From positions 1 through 6,604 of the IMG/VR virus record IMGVR_UViG_3300020029_000077: a DNA stretch of 6,604 bases. One strand, written 5' to 3'. This document shows, piece after piece, positions 1 through 4,251 of the stretch. Made by a program: the position numbers and the translations under genes. The stretch's first letter is position 1; every line of letters starts with the position of its first letter. The notes under the pieces are model-generated. The model was not told the origin of the DNA. It worked only from the letters and a program-made list of their open reading frames with translations, and made no database searches. Origin of the DNA: a virus.

Positions 1-121
1 GTCTACTCTTAAGTCTAGGCACATCCAATCTCTTTCAGAAATAAAGTCTTGGACTGAATATTGCATTGAAAACTTTGATGATTTGATGAAGGCACAACAA
101 GCTAAAGAAGATGAATCTGAA
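1..121. repeat. Terminal redundancy, copy 1 (identical to 6484-6604); signature of a circular genome linearised with overlap
   Basis: Base-by-base comparison by eye: 1-121 (gtctactcttaagtctagg...gatgaatctgaa) equals 6484-6604. Confidence 0.95.
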
Positions 122-190
122 GAATTACAGGAAACAGTTGTTGAAGCTTCTGCCGGTGCTGGTTCTGGCGCTGGTGGCTCTTCTGATTGA
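2..190 (+). CDS. 3' part of the 155-aa junction-spanning ORF (VP3-position, putative internal scaffolding-like protein). The same gene starts at 6206.
   Basis: The frame from ATG 6206 runs through 6604, which equals position 121, and on to TGA at 188-190. The C-terminus is ...EELQETVVEASAGAGSGAGGSSD. The ORF track misses it because the window splits it. Confidence 0.6.
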   Translation, partial: STLKSRHIQSLSEIKSWTEYCIENFDDLMKAQQAKEDESEELQETVVEASAGAGSGAGGSSD

Positions 191-1394
191 TAGCTTGGGT
201 TCTTGTTCGTGCCAATTGGCTATTTTTGGTATGATTGGCAGTGTTTTCTCCTCTTCGTTGAGTGCTCGTTCGCAACGTAAGGCTAATGAGGCAAATTTGG
301 AGATAAATAAAATGAACAATGAATTTAATGCTAAAGAAGCCGAGAAAGCTCGTTCGTTTCAGCTTGATATGTGGAATAAGGAGAATGCGTATAATACTCC
401 AGCCGCCCAACGTGCTAGACAGGAGGCAGCAGGCTATAACCCTTATATGAATCCCGGTGATGCCGGTAATGCTTCCGGTTCTTCTGCTGCTCCTGCTGCT
501 TCTGCTGCTTCTCCGGCTGTTATGCAGGCTACAGACTTTTCGTCTCTTGGTGATATTGGTGTAAAACTTGCCCAAGAAATGAAAATGATGTCCGAAAAGA
601 AAGGTTTGGATATTCGCAATTTTAGCCTTAAGGATTATCTTAATGCTGAAATAAACAAAATGAAAGGTGATACTAATTGGCGTAATGCGTCTCCTGCAGC
701 TATTCGCTTTAATACTATGATGGGTCTTGAAGCTGCCCGTTTGCAAATGGCTGGTTTAAAGGAACAATGGACTAATCAGGTTTGGAGTAATAACCTTCTT
801 CGTGCGAATGTTGCTAACTCTCTTTTGGATGCTGCAGCTAAGACTGTTTTGAATAAGTATTTAGACCAACAGCAGCAAGCAGATTTAAATGTTAAAGCTG
901 CACATTATGAGGAGCTTATAAATAGAGGACAACTTCATGTTCGTGAGGCTCAAGAGAGTTTGTCTCGTGAGATTCTTAATTATGCCCGTGCTAGAGGACA
1001 AAATATTTCTAATAAGGTAGCTGCTCGGACCGCTGACGGTCTTATCTATGCCAATAATGCGGCGAATTATTACGAGGGCTCTTATAATAATTATCGTCGT
1101 CAAAAGGTTAATCTAGATGCTGCCTCTGATTTTCTTGGTAATCAGTGGCAAAATCAGCTTACAGGTGAATTGCTTAATTCCAAGCGTTGGGATAATGAAA
1201 TGCAGGCTTGGCGCGAGGCTATTAATTCCGCTAACGCTTTGATTCGTGGCTCTTCTGATGTTATGGGTTCTTATAATACCTATGAGAATGGTCGCTATGA
1301 GCGTGGTCGACCTTATTCGTATGATTATGAAGAATACGAACAGTTTGACAAAAAGAGAGGTACACGTCGTAAAACTCGCAAGTACAAACGTTAG
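111..1394 (+). CDS. VP2: Minor capsid / DNA pilot protein (VP2-like). The start is uncertain: ATG 111, TTG 195 or ATG 231.
   Basis: The ORF is 427 aa. The segment ...NKMNNEFNAKEAEKARSFQLDMWNKENAYNTPAAQRARQEAAGYNPY... resembles the conserved N-terminal helix plus 'AQ..R...AG.NP' signature I recall from Microviridae VP2/pilot proteins. The middle is long, Q/N/A-rich and looks coiled-coil-like. The gene sits after the capsid genes and has strong T-ending codon bias like VP1. TAG stop is at 1392-1394. Confidence 0.8.
   Translation: MNLKNYRKQLLKLLPVLVLALVALLIDSLGSCSCQLAIFGMIGSVFSSSLSARSQRKANEANLEINKMNNEFNAKEAEKARSFQLDMWNKENAYNTPAAQRARQEAAGYNPYMNPGDAGNASGSSAAPAASAASPAVMQATDFSSLGDIGVKLAQEMKMMSEKKGLDIRNFSLKDYLNAEINKMKGDTNWRNASPAAIRFNTMMGLEAARLQMAGLKEQWTNQVWSNNLLRANVANSLLDAAAKTVLNKYLDQQQQADLNVKAAHYEELINRGQLHVREAQESLSREILNYARARGQNISNKVAARTADGLIYANNAANYYEGSYNNYRRQKVNLDAASDFLGNQWQNQLTGELLNSKRWDNEMQAWREAINSANALIRGSSDVMGSYNTYENGRYERGRPYSYDYEEYEQFDKKRGTRRKTRKYKR
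483..509 (+). repeat. Imperfect triplicated 9-mer (YCTGCTGCT x3) encoding an Ala/Ser/Pro linker in VP2
   Basis: The sequence is tctgctgct cctgctgct tctgctgct, giving SAAPAASAA within ...GSSAAPAASAASPAV... Confidence 0.7.
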
Positions 1395-1424
1395 TACTAT
1401 TTTATTTCCTTTTTAATTTTAATT

Positions 1425-1453
1425 TAGCTCTGTTGTGAAACAGGGCTATTTTT
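1425..1453 (+). terminator. Rho-independent terminator after VP2 (end of the Rep-to-VP2 gene block)
   Basis: A 10-bp stem pairs tagctctgtt (1425-1434) with aacagggcta (1439-1448), including one G-U pair. The loop is the GNRA tetraloop gtga (1435-1438). A TTTTT run follows at 1449-1453. It lies 31 nt after the VP2 stop. Confidence 0.75.
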
Positions 1454-1461
1454 ATGTCTAT

Positions 1462-1515
1462 GCGAAGCCTTTACTTTTGTGCGAAAGCAAATCAGGTTTC
1501 ACGTCTAACCTGATT
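1462..1515 (+). other. Cluster of three small hairpins in the intergenic region (candidate ssDNA structural element or origin)
   Basis: GCGAAGC is at 1462-1468 (GC-GAA-GC mini-hairpin). GCGAAAGC is at 1481-1488. A perfect 9-bp stem pairs aatcaggtt (1490-1498) with aacctgatt (1507-1515) around an 8-nt loop. Confidence 0.5.
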
Positions 1516-1592
1516 CAACCTCCTCTCGTCTGAAATCTGCAAAAGTGACACTAATAAAAATATCGTTTTATGTTGTATAACATATAAAATAA

Positions 1593-1624
1593 TTTGTATG
1601 TGTCCTAAATAACCTCTACTTTTG
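1593..1624 (+). promoter_or_regulatory. Bacteroides-type promoter (-33 TTTG / -7 TAnnTTTG) for the two accessory ORFs
   Basis: TTTG is at 1593-1596, followed by a 20-nt spacer and TActTTTG at 1617-1624. The element is intergenic, 45 nt upstream of ATG 1669. It matches the Bacteroides primary-sigma consensus TTTG-(19-21)-TAnnTTTG. Confidence 0.65.
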
Positions 1625-1668
1625 TAATACAGAAAAGGAAATAGTACTAACATTTCAAACTTAAGATT

Positions 1669-1905
1669 ATGGATAAATTGGTTACGATTCGTTTGGAACT
1701 TACTTGTACAGATGCTTTTGGAAAGTTATATAATACTTCAATGAATTATTGTTCGCCTAATCATTATACGTCTTTGTTTGCCGTTGTATCTGAATTTCAG
1801 TTTGCTATGGCTGCTACAAAAGCTTGTGATAATGCAGGTTTTCCGTATGGTTGTTATCTTGTTGGTATTCGTGATATTGGTGATATTGATAAAGATTCTG
1901 AATAA
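1669..1905 (+). CDS. Hypothetical 78-aa protein (accessory ORF, no recognisable family)
   Basis: It is an ATG-to-TAA ORF directly downstream of the promoter. Its T-ending codon bias (gct, ggt, cgt, ctt, tct) is the same as in VP1/VP2, which supports real coding. It has five Cys, an acidic C-terminus and no TM segment. Confidence 0.55.
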   Translation: MDKLVTIRLELTCTDAFGKLYNTSMNYCSPNHYTSLFAVVSEFQFAMAATKACDNAGFPYGCYLVGIRDIGDIDKDSE

Positions 1906-1985
1906 TTTTAATATACTCGGACGGTGGATCGCTAGCTTAAGCCGCCCCTTCGTATATATTTACTAATCATATAATTTTTAACATT

Positions 1986-2180
1986 ATGTATTTATTGATG
2001 AATGTACAAAGTAAAGAAGGTGCGAAAGTAAGTGCACCTCTTTTGGTGAACACTGATAAAGTGTGTTTGTGTGACCTTGTAGAACGCGAGTTGACAAAAC
2101 AGGATTGTGTAGTCATTTTTCAGAAGGTAGAAGAGTGTGACAAGTCCGATAACGAGGTTAAACGGTTTGATAAAGCGTGA
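1986..2180 (+). CDS. Hypothetical 64-aa protein (accessory ORF; alternative start ATG 1998)
   Basis: It is an ATG-to-TGA ORF between ORF78 and the long terminator hairpin that begins 16 nt after its stop. It is charged (K/E/D-rich) with four Cys. Its codon usage differs from the structural genes. Confidence 0.4.
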   Translation: MYLLMNVQSKEGAKVSAPLLVNTDKVCLCDLVERELTKQDCVVIFQKVEECDKSDNEVKRFDKA

Positions 2181-2195
2181 TGCACTAGTCATGCG

Positions 2196-2273
2196 CAAAA
2201 CGCCTGTGTACAGCAATGCAAGAAAATAGTTTTTTCTTTTTTCTTTCCGACATTGCATCTCACAGGCGTTTTG
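2196..2273. terminator. Long imperfect hairpin with A-tract/T-tract flanks (bidirectional-type intrinsic terminator closing the accessory cassette)
   Basis: A 13-bp perfect outer stem pairs caaaacgcctgtg (2196-2208) with cacaggcgttttg (2261-2273). An inner 6-bp stem pairs gcaatg (2213-2218) with cattgc (2251-2256). A further gaaa/tttc pairing follows, with a T-rich apical region. The 3' arm ends in TTTT. Confidence 0.65.
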
Positions 2274-2316
2274 AATAACTTCACCAAGCGTTATTTTATT
2301 AAAATCTGTTAAATCT

Positions 2317-2340
2317 TGCGCGCGCGTTAACGCGTGTGCA
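2317..2340. repeat. (CG)-rich palindrome tgcgcgcgcgTTAAcgcgtgtgca upstream of rep
   Basis: The core cgcgttaacgcg (2323-2334) is a perfect palindrome. The arms extend to 12 bp with two G-T pairs. It is an alternating purine-pyrimidine GC island in an AT-rich genome. Confidence 0.8.
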
Positions 2341-2368
2341 TTATTTAACCGATTTTGATAAAATGTTG

Positions 2369-2401
2369 ATTGGTGATGTTAGGCAAAACTACCTATCTTT
2401 G
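2369..2401 (+). promoter_or_regulatory. Candidate Bacteroides-type promoter for the Rep-to-VP2 late block
   Basis: aTTG is at 2369-2372 (3/4 match to the -33 element), followed by a 21-nt spacer and TAtcTTTG at 2394-2401. This implies a leader of roughly 150 nt before ATG 2560. The -33 match is imperfect. Confidence 0.45.
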
Positions 2402-2559
2402 CAATTTCGTAAAGATTAAAGGAAAAAGTATTTTCCCCCTGCGCGGAGCGCAAATTAATAGCAACTTTGTTGCGTGCGTCAAGGATAGTAGCGGATATCC
2501 CGCAATGAAGTGAGGAATTGCAGTGAATAGCCTGCTTGGACGCCCAAATATAGGATATT

Positions 2560-4251
2560 ATGGATAAGAAAGTTTTTAAGTATTTTAACAAATGTGAACA
2601 TCCGCAAGTGATTCAAAATAAATATACAGGTGATTATGTAAAAGTTGATTGTGGACAATGCCCTTATTGTCTGATAAAAAAAGCTGATAGGTCCACGCAG
2701 AAGTGTGATTTTGTAAAATATAATCATAGGTATTGTTATTTTGTAACTTTGACATATAACACACAGTACGTACCGAAAATGTCGTTAACGCAAATTGAGG
2801 ATTATATGTCCGATTGGTTGCCTGTGCGCCCCCCGAAATCGTTCGGTACGCAGCTTGCTGCTCGTATGTTGACCGATAATCGTGTAAATAAGGAAATTAC
2901 GGATTTTATGTCTGCAAAGGTGAATCGCCCTTATATGCTTGAGCATTTGCGCCTCTTGGAGGCGGATCGCTACAAGGCGTTAGCGCTGCGCTATCCTAAT
3001 TTTATTTCAAAGGCTCGTCCGTATATTTTACGCTCTATACCTCGTGTGTCCAAGTTACAAAAATTCAAAGATGAATATTTTGAGGAACTCGTTTGGTTGC
3101 TTCCCGAAATCGCGGAATCATTGAAAAAAAAGAGCAATACCGATGCTAATGGTGCTTTTCCTCAATTTAAAGGATTATTAAAATATATTAATATTCGAGA
3201 TTATCAATTATTTGCTAAACGATTAAGAAAATATTTATCAAAAAAAGTTGGAAAATATGAAAAAATACATTCATACGTTGTATCAGAGTACAGCCCTAAG
3301 ACATTCCGTCCGCATTTCCATATCTTATTTTTCTTTGACTCGGACGAAATCGCCAAAAATTTTCGACAAGCTGTATATCAGAGTTGGAGGCTTGGTCGTG
3401 TCGATACGCAACTTGCGCGGGAACAGGCTAACAGCTATGTTTCAAACTATCTCAATAGCGTTGTATGTATTCCCTTTGTATATAAGGCAAAAAAATCGAT
3501 TCGCCCGCGTTCTCGATTCTCTAACCTCTTCGGATTTGCGGAAATTGAAGAAGGACTCCGACAAGCTGAAGACAAAAGGGCTGCTTTATTTGATGGATTG
3601 CCTTATATTTCGAATCAAAAATTTGTCCGATATGTTCCCAGCAGGTCGCATATCGATAGATTATTCCCCCGATTTACCTACTATGATGGTTCTTTTCTAC
3701 GAAGGTCTTCTCAAATATATGGAGTCGTGCAACAAGTATTACGACTCTTTGCCCGAAACGAGCCCTTTAAGGAAGCAACTCCGAGAAACGTATCCGAATT
3801 TATATGTTGGTGGTGCGAGTACAACTTCCGGCAAGGATGCCGAATAAAGGATTTTCCTGATTATGTGAGAGAGTTTCTGCATATTGTTCGTCTTGATAGA
3901 GAGACTTTTTTTAATTGGGATGTTCCCATAGGTAAGATTTCCCGTTTTCTCTACCGTTTTAATATGTTTGAGAAAATGAAAGGTTCTCTCCGTTCTAAGC
4001 TTAAGTCTGTTGAGTTGTTTTATGATTATCGCGATTATCAGTCCCTTAAGAATCAGCTCTATATGCAGGAACTTATATTTTCCGAATTGGGTTATTCTGA
4101 TGAGCTTCTCGATTCATTTTATGTTAAACCGAACTTAAAAGTTCTTAAAAATATTTATACTAAGAAATGGAGTGATACAAATTATTATGAAGTTCATTAT
4201 CTTCGTGTCAAGCATAAATTGTTGAATGACCAAAATAATGTATTTCTATGA
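2560..4251 (+). CDS. VP4: Rolling-circle replication initiator, HUH endonuclease (Microviridae VP4-like Rep), 563 aa
   Basis: The N-terminal Cys cluster C12-x-H14...C31GQC34PYC37 has the CGQCxxC pattern typical of gokusho/alpavirus VP4. RCR motif I is YFVTLTY (nt 2737-2757). Motif II (HUH) is RPHFHILFF, with HFH at 3313-3321. Motif III is YVSNY, with Tyr codons at 3436-3438 and 3448-3450. Confidence 0.93.
   Translation: MDKKVFKYFNKCEHPQVIQNKYTGDYVKVDCGQCPYCLIKKADRSTQKCDFVKYNHRYCYFVTLTYNTQYVPKMSLTQIEDYMSDWLPVRPPKSFGTQLAARMLTDNRVNKEITDFMSAKVNRPYMLEHLRLLEADRYKALALRYPNFISKARPYILRSIPRVSKLQKFKDEYFEELVWLLPEIAESLKKKSNTDANGAFPQFKGLLKYINIRDYQLFAKRLRKYLSKKVGKYEKIHSYVVSEYSPKTFRPHFHILFFFDSDEIAKNFRQAVYQSWRLGRVDTQLAREQANSYVSNYLNSVVCIPFVYKAKKSIRPRSRFSNLFGFAEIEEGLRQAEDKRAALFDGLPYISNQKFVRYVPSRSHIDRLFPRFTYYDGSFLRRSSQIYGVVQQVLRLFARNEPFKEATPRNVSEFICWWCEYNFRQGCRIKDFPDYVREFLHIVRLDRETFFNWDVPIGKISRFLYRFNMFEKMKGSLRSKLKSVELFYDYRDYQSLKNQLYMQELIFSELGYSDELLDSFYVKPNLKVLKNIYTKKWSDTNYYEVHYLRVKHKLLNDQNNVFL

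Noticed and set aside
1-121. The terminal direct repeat interpreted as a biological DTR/LTR or as an insertion-element boundary
   Set aside because: The repeat lies inside a coding sequence that reads through the junction in frame. The gene content is that of a circular ssDNA phage. The simplest explanation is linearisation of a circular contig with overlap.
363-370. Other partial matches to the phiX174 origin core (CTTGATAT at 363-370; TTGATA at 1886-1891, 2167-2172 and 2355-2360)
   Set aside because: Matches of 6-8 nt in an AT-rich genome are expected by chance, and none has an adjacent hairpin. Only the 9-nt match with a hairpin at 5560-5582 was kept, as a low-confidence finding.
102-746. 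A 214-aa ORF on the minus strand, antisense to VP2
   Set aside because: The translation is low-complexity (RRSSRSSRSSRRTGSITGITG..., the mirror of the Ala/Ser repeat) and looks like antisense noise from a T-rich coding strand. Microviridae express genes from one strand only. There is no promoter or terminator context.
885-1103. Short minus-strand ORFs inside VP2 and VP1 (885-1103, 4593-4808, 4842-5072, 5154-5381, 5463-5756) and 125-319
   Set aside because: All are antisense to well-supported genes. They are Ile/Arg/Asn/Thr-rich, as expected from reverse-complemented T-ending codons, and none has supporting signals.
1472-1479. Additional TAnnTTTG matches (TActTTTG at 1472-1479, TAtgTTTG at 3963-3970, TAatTTTt at 1972-1979)
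   Set aside because: By rough base-frequency reasoning, this -7 motif is expected several times by chance in a T-rich 6.5-kb genome. These copies lack a properly spaced -33 TTTG, so I do not call them promoters. An internal late promoter at 3963 cannot be excluded.
1566-1587. An AT-only inverted repeat tatgtt-gtat-aacata just upstream of the -33 element
   Set aside because: It is a 6-bp all-A/T stem in very AT-rich sequence, so the chance expectation is high. It could be an operator, but nothing in the sequence supports that.
1919-1950. A GC island cggacggtggatcgctagcttaagccgcccc between ORF78 and ORF64, with nested palindromes GATC, GCTAGC and CTTAAG and a possible ggtgg/ccgcc stem
   Set aside because: The stem is only 5 bp including a G-T pair, with a 14-nt loop and no T-run, so it is not a convincing terminator or hairpin. 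It is noted only as the approximate left edge of the compositional change.
2018-2039. A 6-bp hairpin aggtgc/gcacct with a 10-nt loop inside ORF64
   Set aside because: It is a short stem within a putative coding region with no flanking signal, and is indistinguishable from chance.
1992-2258. An 88-aa minus-strand ORF covering ORF64 and half of the long hairpin
   Set aside because: It ends or starts inside the terminator hairpin arms and is antisense to a + strand ORF in a single-strand-coded genome. It is most likely spurious.
2379-2727. Minus-strand ORFs 2379-2591 and 2479-2727 overlapping the rep leader and start
   Set aside because: They run antisense across the rep promoter, leader and N-terminal Cys cluster. 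The translations are junk-like and have no signals.
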